Below are positions 12,661 to 27,849 of a DNA stretch of 64,000 bases, piece by piece. The stretch comes from Callorhinchus milii (Eukaryota): contig NW_024704742.1 in the NCBI RefSeq assembly GCF_018977255.1, positions 59,832,001 through 59,896,000 on the forward strand, given 5' to 3'. Position 1 is the stretch's first letter, and every line of letters begins with the position of its first letter. The position numbers and the translations under genes are program-made. Under the pieces are notes generated by a model. The model saw only the letters and a program-made list of their open reading frames with translations, did no database searches and had not been told where the DNA came from.

Positions 12661-15039
12661 AATTATACTCAAAGATATGTATAATGACATTTCCTATAAT
12701 GCAATTTTAGTATTATGTTTCTTTCAATTTGAACTTTTTTGAGCTTTTTAAGAAAGTGAACAACTTGAATGACTTCAGTGATTGTGAACTCGCTGTGGCA
12801 ACAATGACTATGTTGCGTTAGGGTTTACAGCACAAGACTTTTCCTTGTTGACACAAGTAGAGATTATGCAAAAAAATCTCCTTAATATACAGAAGATCTC
12901 AGTGGAATTGGAAATAATTTCTTAAATTTGCAGGACTATAAAGAAGGATTTGCTATGACTATCACACACCACAAGTGCACTGTAATTGTGCATCTGTGCC
13001 AAAAAATATTGTTATTTAAATGCAATGTTGATTTCCCTTTCGTTTTTCTTCCTCTTTTTATAGTTCTGAATGCCCTCCACTGACATGTTTCCTTCTTCAG
13101 CTCAAAAGCAAGCTTGCTGCTTGTTGGTGCAACTCTGATGTTCTATTAACACAAGCTCTACTTATATCCAACCCATTTATGTCTTTGAAACCTACACATT
13201 CAAAGCTATTTGACTCCTGGGCAGTATAGCAATGTGCAGCATTATGTTAATTTACTACTTCCTGTTCAACATCATCGCAATTTAAACAGACAGAGAGTGA
13301 GAGAAAGAGATACAGACAGATATCTAATTCTGGCATCCAAAGAAAACCAAAATGCGCTTTTTTTAATGTTATTCTCCAGCCCGTTATTAGCTCTTTGAAA
13401 ACACTAGTAAACGTTCTGTTCCAAGTTCCTGTGACACCCTAAAAAATAGCCCAAGAGCATTCGTTGACCTATGCTGGATTAAACACAGTGCAATTCACAC
13501 TCGCTGTTTCTACTGTACAAAGCATGCTGCTCCTGAGTGCACTTTCTCCACATGGTATCAGGAACACAGTTCCAGTAAGATCCATGCTGCTGAACTCCTG
13601 TTCACACCTGCACATTTAACAGTAAGTACATTGCCACAAAAATCATAGTGATTCATTGCCACAATGTGCAGTATTAAAGCAACACTAAAGACCTGGATCA
13701 CGTTTGCGTACAAAACACACAGTCACGACACTCTACAGTAAATCCTGTGAAGCACTTTGAGTCATTACAACAATATGATAAGGTGTTATATCAAATGCAA
13801 ATTATACATATTTATTGATGTGATCATTTTCCCTCAATCTTTCTTTCACTAATGAAAGCAAATGAAGCTTTGACAGTGTCTCCTTGATTCATACATCCCA
13901 AGTTTCTCTGAAGGCATCAGTGTTATTTTGAAGTGAGGATGCTCATATTTGTACAATAATTAGCATCACAGTTAGCGATGTTTACAATGGCAACAATTTG
14001 CATTTATATAGCGTCCTTCAGGTATGATAACATCTCAGAGAGCTTCACAGGGACAGGTTAGATACTGAGCGGGTTGGTGGGGGGAAGAGGGAGGTGAGTA
14101 CACAAGAATATTCATAAAGGTAGAATTTATGGCAGGTCTTAAAGACAGAAAGAGAGGAAATGAGACTGAGTGATAGCTGGAGAGAGATACAGAGATTAGT
14201 TTAGCGTGAGTTTGGTATTCAAACTCCAATTTTCAAACTGATCCATTTTAAGGCTTGAGGTGGTAGATCAAGGCATCTTACCTCTTAAAGTCAGATATGT
14301 AAGCTTTTGTTTCAATACAAAGTTTCTAGATTGGATCTTGAGATTAGTGGTAAAACAATCATTGACCCCATCTTAGAAAATGTTATTTCAAGCGTGTGAA
14401 CAACCTCCACCTCCCCATCCCCAACATTAGCATGATGGTTTAGCCCAAATCTGACCAAACTTGCAAGCATTTTCTGTCTGCCACTGTCATTGCCTTACAT
14501 AGAGTGAGATGATTCAGTGGCCATTCACAAGATAAACTTAATTATCACATTGCATGTCACGTTTTTCACCCAGGTCTTCTGACTTGCACTGAAATGAAAT
14601 GTAACCTAGAATGTGGTAAGTGTTGTTAACTAAAAATTCACATGGACTGAACAACCTTCACTGAATAATCAGCAATCATAGTGAAATAGTTTCCTTCCCA
14701 CATGTACTAATGCCTACTCTAAATGATTAGTTATCAAGCCTATAATCTTGTCCTTCTCCACTTCTGCTAATGGACACTGTAATTGTGCCCATGTAGCAAC
14801 TGAAACTTTTTAGGCCTCTTCAGAAATATACATGCACTATAAAACACATTAGTCCACTTTAGGTCGCAATGGGAATAAGTCTAGGAAGCTGAGAATCTGT
14901 TCATAAGATAATTTGTCAGTCACCAGGCAACATAGAGCTATTATATCTATTTAATAAGAACTTACAATGTAGAAGTAAATATAGCTAAATAACAAACTGA
15001 TAACCTGCCTCTGCTGCCACTTCACCTGTAATTCATCCT

Positions 15040-15275
15040 CATCAATAGCATTGTCAGCTTCAGGCTTAACTTTTTCAAAGTTCCACGATCTCATGCAATC
15101 GTACTTCTTTGGACACTCCCTCCTCTCTACCACATCCATCCCTCCTGCTTCGACTACTCAAATGTCTTCCTGCAATCATAGTTCTTCCCACCCCTCTCTC
15201 CGGCTCATTGGCAAGCAGTCCAAAAGAACTTTGCACGAGGGGCACTATATAAATGCAAGTTGTTGGTGTTACTTC
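15040..15275 (+). mobile_element. Degenerate L2 3' end
   Basis: C/T-rich body ending GGGCACTATATAAATGCAAGTTGTTGG. Confidence 0.65.
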
Positions 15276-18200
15276 TAGTCTGCTCCATGCCCTACCTGCT
15301 CCAAACACCACCAGCAGCGAGCTTTTGACACTTTGCTCCTGCCCTCTTGAGCGTTCTTCCAAAATGCTTCTTCCTCGCTTCCTCTCTTTTTGCTTTTGAA
15401 ATAAACTAAGGAATACTCTGCTCAAAATGTATCACTAAGATGTGTTTTCAGTCAACTGTTACCTCCTCATCCCTCATGCGGATGCCTAGACAGGAGGGTC
15501 AAGCACTTTGGGACGTCCTCCCAACATGAAAGGTGCTATATATTTATAAATGTGTTTTGTATCTCTTTGACTGCACTTACTGCTATTCCCCCAACCCCTC
15601 CACCTCACTCTTCGCATGAGCTCCCACTTCATGCTCCAAATGAGATATTATCTCAATGTGAAAGATGCTATACAAGTATTAGTTGTTGTCATTGGTAATA
15701 GTAAACTGCCATTAATATAACAAATCAGACATAGACTTATTTAATAATCACAATAAGTTGCATTTATGCAACACACTTAATGTAGGGTAATGTCTCATTT
15801 AATGAGATTAAATGTATTCCACAAGATCCTAAAGATTGTAGCTGGGGAGCAGGGTTTAAACAGTGGGAAGAGGCAGGGGCATTTTCCTTAGGAATACATT
15901 TAATGCACCAAATATTACAGATTTCTGAGTGTGTCTCTTTAAATACAATCTCCTCTGAGCATCAGTGCATCCCTGCAAGAAAGGATTCATTGAAATGTTA
16001 TATCTATTCTGTCTGATCACTTTCGAACCTGCTTGGTAGGATTTCATACAGGGCTGTCTTAACAGTTGCTGCTACAGCATCCCTGCAAGCTCTGTTATTT
16101 TGCCAAAAGAGATATCATAAATGATGGACAATAAATATATCTCAAAACAACAGATACTAGGTGAGTTGGAAATGCCAGCCAGCGTGACGTTTAATACAAT
16201 GTCTTGAAACGTTCTTTCAATAAATCATTACTTCTTCCACAATCATCAGCTTCAACTGACTGCTCTTTTATCCTCAGTGTCTGCCCTAACCGTAGTTCAG
16301 AGAAGTACATTTGTGTCTGTGTTCCAGCAATTAACCCAGTTCCTGGTGTTCATAGTGCTCAAAGTAATCCATAGGGTTACCTACAATAAAAAGGTAGGAG
16401 AAATTGTCTGCCTGGAATCAGGTGATGTTGTTATGGGAACCCAGTATGAAGTAAAACTCATTCTCGCACACTATATTGGAGCACTGTTCTTTCACCTATG
16501 CAATTCATTTTGTTTCCAGTCTAGGCACAGGGGATAAAGGCCTCTGCTGCTTGACAACTGTTAATGGAGTTAAATGAGTTTTAGGTAGTTTCTGCTCAGT
16601 TCTTAGTGCAGATGATAAGGCCACAGTTTACAGGAACTTAATACAACACTTACTGACACTAATTTAAGACCTATCTGCCATTTGTAGCTAGCCTCTAGTA
16701 CATTGGGATTATTCACAATGCAATTAGATGCCATGATGGGAGAGTTAATGTATTGGAGGGATGAGCTTCATCAGCTCAATGTCCTTTTTTAACATTCTTG
16801 CTTGCTTTCGCTTCTTGTTATATTGGAAAGGGAGTAATACAGTGCATGGGAATAATACAGTACGTGAAGACCTCTGAGCTGATGTTACATTATTTCTTGT
16901 TCCTGTGCATACAGGAATTTTATGTTTCAAGGGAAAAAGTTTTCTTATCCTCTTTAGTTAGTGCAAGCAATAGAAATAGAGAGAATGTATATTCCATGCC
17001 AAACAAACAGAGACCATGCCTATGTGGAACCTGTTAGTTGTTTAATTTGGAGACTCATAAAAATGGTGATGGGTTTCTGGAAGTGTCAAATACTCAGTTG
17101 ATCAAAAAAAAATTCATTAAATTTCCCCTTATCGAGGTCAGGCTTATGAGTCTGTAGTTGCCAGATATGGCTGTCTGTGTCACATTCTTGAATCTACATT
17201 CACTTGGTTCCAGTCCCTGTGTTGGTTGACTCCATCAAAAGGTCTACCAGTGCATCACCAACCCTTTCATGTGCAAGTACTCTGGAGTTGAGTGCATCTG
17301 TCTGAGGGGATTGATTAATTTCATTCCCCTGCGCCAATTTAGAAACTTTGCCTTGAGAAAGTCTTGCCAAAGCTCAAAGCATAGTGTATCAAATGGTACA
17401 TATAAAGTGTCGCCCCTTGTAAATGAAAATTCCTCCAAAAAATAGCTTTTTAATAGGTTTTCAAACTCCTGTGCACCACTTTTTCAACAGCCTTGAACTC
17501 CAAAAAGGGGCAATGCATGCAGCTACCTTGTTATATTACACACACCATGGTTCTTGTCTATTGACCATGGAAAGTCTTTAAACATTATTATGGGGAATGT
17601 GGAATCCAAGCTGCCTGCCGTTTCAGTGGGAGGCCAAAGAGAATATCCTTGCACAGGAAAACAATTCACTAAAATTATTTTTACATCCAAGAATTCAGTC
17701 ATTCAGCCAATTGCTGTTAAAATAAAAAAAGCCCAGATTTTTTAAAAAATCTTCAGTCTTCTCAAATGCATTACAGGAATGTTCATACCATATGACTGGC
17801 TGCCTTCCCTGGTTCTGTTTCTTTAAACATTTGCCTTCACAGATACTCTATTCTCTAATTTCTCCAGAAGGAGCAGCGAGAGATCATGCGTATACACTGA
17901 CATGAACAGATGGTAGTTGTCCTTTCCATAACAATTAATTGTTCCCAATATTAATTACTTTAGGTTTGTTTTCAAAACTCGATGTTTCCAGTCTGAATTT
18001 TAAGTGGTGAAACTGTCAAGCATCAAGAAAATGTTTCCATCATCATGACAGCAGCAGGTTGCTCAGGAAAATTAAACTTTTCATCATATTATAATAATGT
18101 TTTGCACTTTGTACAAACCTTTTATGAATGTCAACTTTTTCCAAAACTTTTCACCAATACTCTAAAGTTAAGACATGGACATAATTCATTTATAATTTTC

Positions 18201-20399
18201 TGCTTTGCAATTAGATTTGCTACTATATTAATATGCAATACATTTACTTAAGAGAAGGACAAAATGCATCAGTGTCTTATTATTTACTTCCCTTAAGACA
18301 CGTGCAATAAATCACAATAAAATAATTGGTTGGTTTATTGGACCTTAAATCATTTTAAAGATTAATATTTTACTAAGGATATAAAACAATTACTGTTCTT
18401 TTTGAACTCAATATACAGTAGTTACAAGAATAGCATTCATATTTTGCCATAATATTGCTACAAGTTCTTAATAAAAAATTATTTCAAAAGATAACTATGG
18501 TTGTTTGTAGCTCCACCAAATTGTACATCACTGTTCTGGAAAATATAGTTTCCAAACAACTCGCATTTATGTAATGCCCTACATGTAACATCAGAGGGAG
18601 ATGAAAAGGCCTCGATAGAAGGGGCGAGCCGAAGAGTGAGGCTGGATAAGATTACAGAAGCAGGTATTGTAAACTCCTTTAAATTAACAAAAAGGCCAAT
18701 AAGAAGGGCAGGAAGTACAAAAGGAAACGGGGAGTGGGACAAAGCACACACTTTGGTGGATTGGTGGATTATTCAGAGTTTGGATTGATAAATAAAGAAG
18801 CTACTTACACACCCTTCATTTGGATCAAGTTAAATTACAACAAATAGCAGTGAGAGAATAAAGGAAGTTGTGGGTGAAGTGAGGATCTTGAAGTCAACCC
18901 ATTGAGAGACAATGAGCAGCGTGATCAAGGATGCAAAGTTTTATGCAGGTAGAAATGTGGGCGGCAGAGGTTTCCACGATTTGGAGCTTGTGAATGGTGG
19001 AGAAGTTATTGAGGAGGGTCATTTGAGAAATAGAAAAGCAGTGTTGTCAGGAATTTATGACTTGCAAGCATTCCCCTTTGAGCACAGAAACATCTGAGCA
19101 TTTAAGCCTTTCATTGTAGGTCACTATTGCAGTATTGATCACAGAAATAAGACAAAAATAAAGTTGTTCGTTAAAATGGAAATAAAAGAGCTTGTTGTTA
19201 CAATCAATCAAAGAAGAATTGATGTCATTCTATGTCACAGATCATATGAGTTGTATTTCAGTTTAATTTCTAATATGACTCTGAAGTTCCAATTATTACT
19301 GCTCTATTATTAAATCCCAGAGATCAAAAAGTGAATACCACAATCAACCATTTCATTGTTAAACGATCTTCTTCTGCTTTGGGGAAAAAAAATTTTTTCA
19401 TGAGACAATGTCATAAATTGAAAATATTTGACCTATAACAATCAGTGGTACAGGCGAAAGAGACTGCCATTAAAATTACTACTCAAAGAAAGTAATCAGG
19501 ATTTTATAGCAAAGAAGCATTCACTTCTCAGACACTTAATACATTTACCATTTAGCCACAATTCAAGGATTCCTTCAGAGGACTGGAATGGATGAGTTAC
19601 AATAGTAGCAGGAGGGAATGTAACATTCCTTAGAGAATTCTTGGGTTGAGATTCCGGTGAACAACCAGCATTAGAATAAAGGGATGTGGACAATGTTTGT
19701 GTATTTATTTGCATCATTTGTTTGAGTATCACATTAATCAAAAGCTGTTTTTGGAATCAATTTCTGACCCCAGATAAACAAGAAGAGCAAACTGCAATTC
19801 ACATATGAGACATGTCTGCCATTCATATATGTTGATTTCAATGGGAAATGGAATCACCAACATATCACTAGGAAGGGGTTCTCCCAGCTTTAGAATAATG
19901 TAGCACCAATGGCTAGAGACAAAAGGTGCCAGTGGAGGATATAATGGAATTCATACACATTCTGTTTTGTGCCACTGTTAGCTTTGCCCATGGTAGGGGA
20001 AACAGATTAATTGCTTACATGTAACGTACCTAGTCAATATTTCCAGTGCTATTTGACTGTCCACATTGCAGATCTGGCAGGCATTTCACTGGACAAAGGA
20101 AAGTGTGAAGTTTAAGATAATCTGATGCTATATACTTCACTGGTTTCAAATATGCCAAGACATGGGTCCATCAAGATTCAGAAACTTATGACTGCATGTT
20201 CTTCTATCAGAGGATGAAGTGCATGACATGGGAAACTGTAACGGACAGGTGGAAGGGTCTGTCTTTTTGAGCAAGTGCCAGCAGAGGAGAAGATAATTGA
20301 TCTTCTAATTGACAGCCAACAAGGTGATAGCTCTTTGGGATGCAATGATTGACATAAGGCCAGCCACTTGATAACTGATGACCACTTAGCTGAAGCTCA

Positions 20400-20715
20400 T
20401 TTTTTTTGGTCAGCTGGGTGTCTGACACATGTGTAAACCTGTCATCATGCTTCAGAGTATCCAAACCAAACTGAGATTTCCATGCATCCCACCAACACAT
20501 GGAAATCCTAAAGATAGATTATTGGAATGGAATGCACACTTTCTCCCTGGATGGACATCTAATTCTGGAAATTATGAGGCACAGGTTGACAAGAGCCAAC
20601 ACTTGAGGACCCCAGAGTGTACTTTGGGGTACCGCTACAGTCTAATCAGCTAAAACCACATAGCTTGCCATTGATAATGCTATCCGGCAAGCTTTCCCAC
20701 TGTTTGTCCAGTTCC
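20400..20715 (-). repeat. Unclassified repeat 'X', copy B
   Basis: Reverse complement CACATGTGTCAGACACCCAGCTGACCA vs CACATGTGTCAGACACGTGGCTGACCA at ~53632; AAGAGCCAACAC..CCCAGAGTG..CAAGCTTTCC shared with 1262-1366. Confidence 0.7.
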
Positions 20716-22282
20716 GACCACCGCTCCAGTTCCAGTTCTCTCTGCATACCGGTGTCACACAACTGTGCAATGAAAGTCATTTGGGAGATTTGTTTATTTC
20801 GGCATCCCCATTGCCCTCAGCTTTCGTAGCCCCAGAAATGTGAGTGATGTCTTTGAGGAGGATGTCACCACCATCCCTCCCCTAGAGGAGAATGAAGAGG
20901 AGAAAGAAGAGAAGGATGGAGTTGTCATCTTCCTCCCAATACAAGCCCCTGGCTCTGCATAATAGTTCAACATTGCATAAAACAGCTCAGCTCTACTGTG
21001 CCATACAGATCAAACAATAATAACTGATGGGGTGGCAAGGAATGGGGCATCAAGCACTGGAGAGTTGAGAAAAACAACAGCAACAAACACACGTTTACAT
21101 TCATACGGCACTTTTCATGTTAGGAGGGCATTCCAAGCAAGGAAAGCAGGCGTGAGGTGCGGCTGCACAGTGAGTCACCTTCAAAAGAGGATATCTCGTG
21201 GTGTAGCCGCAACATATTCCTGAGGTGAGTGAAGGTGTGAGAGGGGATGGCTATTGATCTATCTACCTCCTCCCCTCTAACTTGAAGACACACAATCAGG
21301 ATTCCCACTCTTTTTCCCTTTCACACAGGTATGAAATGCATTGAGTAAGGCACACAAGAAGTCCACTGGTTGGGAACTAGGAAGAAGAAACACAGAATAC
21401 AGTGTGCTGACAGGAGGCACACTGTACATTTGTAAATACTTCATTCTTCTACTAATTTACTATTTTGTTTTTGACACCTAACTGTTGTTCTAAGTCTTTG
21501 TTTAGCAGGAATATGTTTTCTGAAGTCCTTTGAGGTTCACCAGCAGCACAACACAATACCTTTGGTGTTCCAAAAAGCCAGACTCATTAGGTCTTGATGT
21601 TGAAAAATTACACGGTTGTTTACTTAGAAACACGTGGCTATTTCAGGATATTTGCATAGGTTGGCTGCAAGTACTACATCCCAAATAAACACGTGCAAAT
21701 TTTACACAAGAATTTCTTTGTAAGGTTAATGCATTTTTCTCTCTGTCTCCCCAAATTACATTAGACATCTTAATTTATATCAGTATTATTTAGGATGTAA
21801 TTTCAAACACTTTGACAAAGTTTGTTGCTCAGAAAACAAATGCGGTTAAAAATTGTCCTTCAGTATCAATTAGCTGCTTGGTGTAAATTAGTTCCTCCCC
21901 TTCTGACCTCTGATTTTACCCTTAAATTCTGCATATTTTGCAGCACATTTTTCTTTAAGCAAGTGAACCTTGTGAATGTTATTCCTGGCTTTCTGGCTGA
22001 TGTTTCAACACTGTCTAACGAAATACCTGTTTAGAAGCTGATTCCCCATAAAACAGTCATGATGATTCACTATTAGTGACTGAGTTGCCATTAGTGAATT
22101 CTGTTGGGAAATTCAGCCTTTTCAACCTCAAAGTATATATGATAAAGGTTTGTATTATAATGATGTATGGTAAATTGTGTTGCTTTGACATCTCAGTGTA
22201 TATAATGGACAACATTTGTAGCAGTCCTTAAAGAGTTCCTTGTGTGAATTAGCACTGCTATGGTAGACATCTGCTCAGTTGG

Positions 22283-22902
22283 ATGTTAATGCAGGCTGCT
22301 GTAACCCTCATACACGCCTTCATTACATCAAGGCTCGACTATGCAAACTCACTGCTTGTCAGCGTTCCCAACTACTCCCTCCACAGGCTGCAAATCATCC
22401 AGAACTCTGCAGCTCGTGTTCTCTCCCACATTAAGCTCCTCGACCTTATCACTCCCACCCTCGCCCAACTCCACTGGCTTCTCATCACACAGAGGATACA
22501 GTTCAAGATCCTGGTCCTCACCTTCAAAGCCCTCCACAGTCTTGCTCCCCCCTACCTATCCCACCTCCTAACCCAATACCACCCTGTTCACTCCTCCCGC
22601 TCAGTGGGCTCTGGCCTGATTCGAGTCCTCCACCTTGCTCGCCCCACTATCGGTTGGCGGGCCTTCTGCCACTCTGCACCCACCCTCTGGAACTCCATCC
22701 AGCAGTCCCTCTGTCTTGCTCCCTCGCTTGCCACCTTCAAAACCCACATCAAGACCCTCCTCTTCAACCGCGTTTTCGATCTCCTTGCTTTCCCCCTTCC
22801 TTCCACCCTCCTCCATCTCGACCCTCAGCTCGGGTCCATAACTCTGTCTGTCGATCATCTTGGGACATCCTCCCAATGTGAAAGGCGCTACACAAATGTA
22901 AT
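22283..22902 (+). mobile_element. L2 LINE 3' fragment with open ORF2 C-terminus
   Basis: ORF TLIHAFITSRLDYANSLL..LQIIQNSAARVL..LHWL..QRIQFKILVLTFKALH..RAFCHSAPTLWNSI; tail GTGAAAGGCGCTACACAAATGTAA; SINE remnant follows to ~23045. Confidence 0.95.
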
Positions 22903-23049
22903 TTTGGGGAGGGGAGTTTTTCCCAGGGTCCTGTCCAATCGTCCCCAGATAAAATTGATCATTCACTTTACCATTTCATGATTGTTTATGGGACGTTGCT
23001 ATGCAAAAATTAGCCACCCATTTGCCTACAAATATGCAAGCACTGTTCA

Positions 23050-23320
23050 ACAATAAAAACAATTTGCATTTATATAGCACCCTCGACCTAGCTGGTGGGA
23101 GATGACTGTAAGCACAGTTGAAGAGCAAGGTCTTCAGTCGTGATCTAAAAGAAGGGAAGGAGAGGTGAAGTGGAGGGATTGGGAGAGAGAATTACAAAGT
23201 TTTGGGGTGTAGTGGCTGAAAGTGCAGCTGGCAATGATGGAGTGGAGGGGACGAGGGACAACAAGCAGGAGGCCAGACCCAGCTGAGCAAGGGCGATGTG
23301 TAGTGGAGAGGGGAGAAAGC
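23050..23320 (-). mobile_element. Degenerate L2 3' fragment
   Basis: GLLLVVPR..TFSHYTPKLCNSLSQSL in ORF 23134..23322; tail at 23050-23085. Confidence 0.75.
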
Positions 23321-25794
23321 AAGACAAAAAAGGTAGAGAGGTGCCAGGATGTGAAGGAATTTGTTGATGATATATTGAAGGGATACAGAAACTAAATAGA
23401 AACTTTGAGAAGATCCTTACTTTTTCGGAACTGTATAAAATCAAAGAATCATTATTGTGATTTTTCAGCTTTTTCTGATTTTTATTCCACTGAGGTCTAG
23501 CCTGATATAATTTTTGACAGGTTTCATATTTGACAGTTTTCATATTTTGCTGCACAGATTGATGGTCTCCTTGGTAGGAAGCAAGTGAAATGCTTATTTT
23601 AATAGATCCAGCAGGCTTGACTCAAATGATTCTAAGTTTAGATGACTTTTGCTGCTTAAAGGTTTGTTTTACAGTTCACAGTAAAAAAAATAATCAAGAA
23701 AAAAAACACAGAAACTTTTTAAATAAATGCAATCTCCAAATGTGTATTTTTTAGATAAAAAGAGTTCCATTCATTTTCTCAAAGCCTGGTTGAATTGCTT
23801 CCTGCTCCTATTGCCTCTGGCACTGGCTATTCCCTCTCTGAGTGTAAATCATCCTTCTATTTGAAAAGCCATTTCTGTTTTATTGGCTATGGTAGGGCTC
23901 ATGTACAGACTGTTTTAGCTGATTCCACGCACACATACACGTCTGATGTGTTGCCACTTTCTGTAACTCACGTCCACTGCGACAGAAACAATTGCAATTA
24001 CTTGAAACAACGATTAGTGTGAATGCTGTAATTGTTAGCTTTAGTGCATATTCAGTTCCACAAGTGAGCAAAACATCTCTTAGTTGAATGTTGACAATAC
24101 TGTTTACATTTTCATGTTGTGTTCATTCTGAGAAATAAATCATCAGTGGATATAATTTGGATTCTTCTAGTTTCCTTCCTAAAGGAGCTGGAAAATGATA
24201 CAATGCTTTTAAATGGGAGTGTAATATACATTTTCTCAATTTGATCTTCTTCTGTTTAATTGCTTCACCTGAAACTGGAACTACAACGACAACTTGCCTT
24301 TATGTAGCACATTTCATGCAAGATAGCGTTTCAGTTTCCTGGATTCACCGTTAACAACAAATTGCATTTTTATAGTCTTTCATACCCAGTGATAGAGCTA
24401 CTCTAAATGCAAAACAAGATAGATTTATCATATCGCCAAATATTGCAGTCTTTCTTTAATCATTGACAAGTCAAAGTGATGAAAGGAGTTGTTAAAAGTC
24501 ACCTGCTAGCAAATGACCTCACAAAATCACAAGTTTGGTTTGGCCCATTTGATCACATCCTTCCAGAGTACCCACCTTGTCGTAATCCTATCACAGCATC
24601 AAGATGCTTTTACTAATTATAAATAATAATGATAATTTTCCTTTCATTTGATATGGTGATTTATCATGTCATTGAGATGCCTCAAATTACTTCACAGAAC
24701 TGCGAAGTGTAGAGACTATATTTTTGGAAGCAAACATGCATGGGTCAGTAATAAGAAAGAAATAAGTCATTATTTGTGATTTCAATGGCTCTTGGGCATG
24801 GATGCCTTTGCAATATTTGCAGTGGTTTCCATGTTATCTGGCATTCCCTTTCGCAGTGTAAAAAGGACAAGTTCCATAGAACTGGCTGTTCATGGTATTA
24901 CAGAGCTGTTTCTGGTTAATGTAGCTCTGTGATTTCCCTGTATTACAAACATAATAAGCAGAACTACTACAGATAAGAGATAAATTTAGTTGTTCGCACT
25001 GTCTATATGCATGTTCTTCCCTCATAGTTACTTTGAATTAACTACTTTATTGTGTTATTCCTAGGATTACTGATCACAAGCAGTATCATCAGTTCATTTA
25101 AAATATGGCACCTTATTCATGTTGGAAACAGCTTCAGAGATTAGTCATTTTTTAGTTACGTATTGTTTTAACTTAGATTAGTTTGTTAATTTAAAAATAG
25201 GAAATTGATAGTTCTGCTCTGCTATACAGTGGAAACTATTTATCTTGGTCCATTGTTTTTTTATACATATAAGCAACGTTAAATTTGTTACTTATCTATT
25301 ACCTTCATTGCAGCCCAATTATCGGTAAACTGATATTAGGTTGGACAAACAAGAAAGCCTTACACATTGAAACATTTAAAAAATAATAAATTATGTATTG
25401 ATATATTTTTCATTCACTATGTCAGACATTCTCTCCCTCTCGCTTTGACTTTTTTTGTCTTATTCTCTCTGAGTATTTCTCTGTCTCTCATACTTTTGAG
25501 AGATGTGTTTGTCTCTCTGTCTCTCTTAATTTCTCATTCATTATCTCCCTATTGTCTTTACGTCTAACCATAAATTATATATATGTTGAATGAAAAGACA
25601 TACCTTTGCTACCAATGAAAAAAAGTCCTGATAGTGCATACATAAAGTTGCAAGTATCCCTTAGCTAGGCTCAGAGCATCTTGTGAAAACTTTCATGAAA
25701 CTTCACACAACAGTATTTTTGCCGGTATCTCACCGCCCCATGGTTAAATCGGCAAGCGGATAAATGGCGTTCTACTTTTCTACAGGAACGTATT

Positions 25795-26167
25795 TGTAGA
25801 GCCCAGTAGCTTAGTGGTTAAAGAACTCGCCTCGCAACCGAGAGCACCAGGGTTTGATTCCCGGCCAGGGAGAAACATTAAACAAGTTATTCCACTCTCC
25901 TCTGTTTACCTAGCAGTAAGTAGGAACCTTGGTTGTTAGTTTACTGTCGAATTGCTTTTCCGGGGGTAATAATCCTTAAAAAGTTAATAATAATAATTTG
26001 GACAGTCAATCCATGACTGTTTGCAGGACACTGCTGTGTGCAATTAGCTGCCATGTTTCACCCACAAAATATACAGTCAATTCACTTTACAGTATAATTT
26101 GTGAAGCTCTTTGCAACATCGTGAAGATACGATAAGGTGCTTAATTGAATGCAAAATGCAAGGATCA
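25795..26167 (+). mobile_element. tRNA-SINE family A, full length
   Basis: GTAGCTTAGTGGTTAAAG A box, GGGTTTGATTCCC B box, CTCTGTTTACCTAGCAGTAAGTAGGAACC core, family tail. Confidence 0.9.
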
Positions 26168-26983
26168 GCTTTTTTCAGCACCTCTTTGAAGCTACACCAC
26201 TGGAGACTCAAATAAAGGGGCTCAAATCCAAGTCATTTTCCCACTTATTTGGAATTCCAGTATTTCAAACCACCTTGAAGATATTCACCCCATTTTCACT
26301 TTGAAATTCCATATGTCTTTCCACCTACATTGAAGAAATTTAATACTATAATTCCAAATTTAAGAAAAAATCCTCAATACAACAAGCTTTGTACTGTAGT
26401 AACTTGCCAATAGAGTTTATTCACAGTAAAACTGAAACAGCAGCAAACTTGAGAAATGGTTTTAGCTCAGACCACCCCATCAAAATGTAATTATCCTACC
26501 TCCATATTTAGACAAACCACTGCAAGATTATTGCAGATCAGTTGTCATAGTTAGTTATCCATCCCTGCAAGATACTGAAGCACAAACTGTCATTCAGAGC
26601 ATGCCGTCCTGTCATTGCCATAGCAAAAAAATAAGTTTGCACAAGACACAACAAACACAAGATGACAATAACAGAATGCTGCCTACCAGGCTTTCTGCAG
26701 CGTTGTGCACTGCCAAACCCATGCCACTTCACCTAAACATTACACGTAACTTTTCTATTCACTACACAGAAAGGCTCATCACTTCTCAACTGCCTGATAA
26801 ATCTCCCAATGATTTGATGAAATTGATAAAAATTAAATGGCAGAAAAAAAACTTCAGTGAATTCTTTGCCAAGGGATATCAGTGATGGCAAGGGAATTTT
26901 TGTGTACCAAATTGCAACAACAAACACTGGTCAGGTCTGGTAAAAATATAGTTAAATGCAGAGTAAAGCATAATACTTACCTT

Positions 26984-27124
26984 CCTCTCTCACGGTGACA
27001 AGTCAGGAACTTCTCTCATTCACAATTACCAGCTAAATACCTCTCACTTATACTTACAAGCCACAAATCTCTCACTCACAATGTTAAGACAGAAACCTCT
27101 GTCACTCAAAGTTACAAGCCAAAA
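26984..27124. repeat. Degenerate ~28-bp tandem repeat, about 5 units
   Basis: Units of the form CTCTCACTCACA(A/G)TTACAAGCCA(G)AAAC. Confidence 0.7.
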
Positions 27125-27254
27125 GTGTGCCTGAATGCAACCTTAGGAGAAAAACTTCTACCAGTTTATCCTTCACTTCCCATATCAGCCTTCCTGTGAG
27201 CCCAAATTGGATTGTCGACCAGTCTAAAATTAGAACAGTTTAGTACATATTAGT

Positions 27255-27663
27255 ACTCGGTTCAGTTGGTAGCATTCTCGCTGTATCAGAAGCTTCCAGG
27301 TTCAAACACATCATCAGGACTTTGAGCTCATAGACTAGGCTGATCCTCCAGTGCTATGCTAGGGGAGTGCTGCATTTTGGAGGTGCCATCCTTCAGACGG
27401 AATGTTAAACTAATGACCTATCTGCATGATCAGGTAGACATTAAAGATGACATGGAACTATTCATAGAGAGAAGAGTCTCTACCAGTGTCCTGGCCTACA
27501 GTCCCTCAGATAAAATTGTTCATTCACTGTCTGGCTCTTAGTGAAACACTTGTGTGCAACTCATCTGCCATGTTTGCCTACAGTCACTGCATTCTACAGG
27601 AAATTCTTTGAGGTGTTTCAATGACCAGATAAGGCACTATATTAAATGCAAGGATTATTATTA
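27255..27663 (+). mobile_element. Deu-domain tRNA-SINE family B (SacSINE1/AmnSINE1-like core)
   Basis: tRNA-like head (CGGTTCAGTTGGTAGC..GGTTCAAAC), then GTGCTGCATTTTGGAGGTGCCATCCTTCAGACGGAATGTTAAAC Deu core and L2-like tail. Confidence 0.85.
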
Positions 27664-27849
27664 TGAGTTCATGTGCCTCTGGGAACTGGTTTGACAATGT
27701 TCAAATACATTTGACGTAATAGACTTAAAGCCAAAAATATATTAGTAATGTATCCTTTAAACGTCAGGTGTTTCAAAATGCAAAAGGTCAAAATTGTACA
27801 GCTTAAGAAATGTCCTGTATAAATTTAACAGCAATTCCTTGCCTTTGTA

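Noticed and set aside
20830..21060. Second Harbinger C-terminal remnant next to repeat X copy B
   Set aside because: Only vague CL/LCN-like residues; not supportable without an HMM search
22283..22981. 232-aa ORF as a host gene
   Set aside because: It is the C-terminus of L2 ORF2 running into the tail and a SINE remnant; 5'-truncated, no RT core
26984..27124. CRISPR-like array
   Set aside because: Units are contiguous and degenerate with no spacers; eukaryotic context, no cas genes
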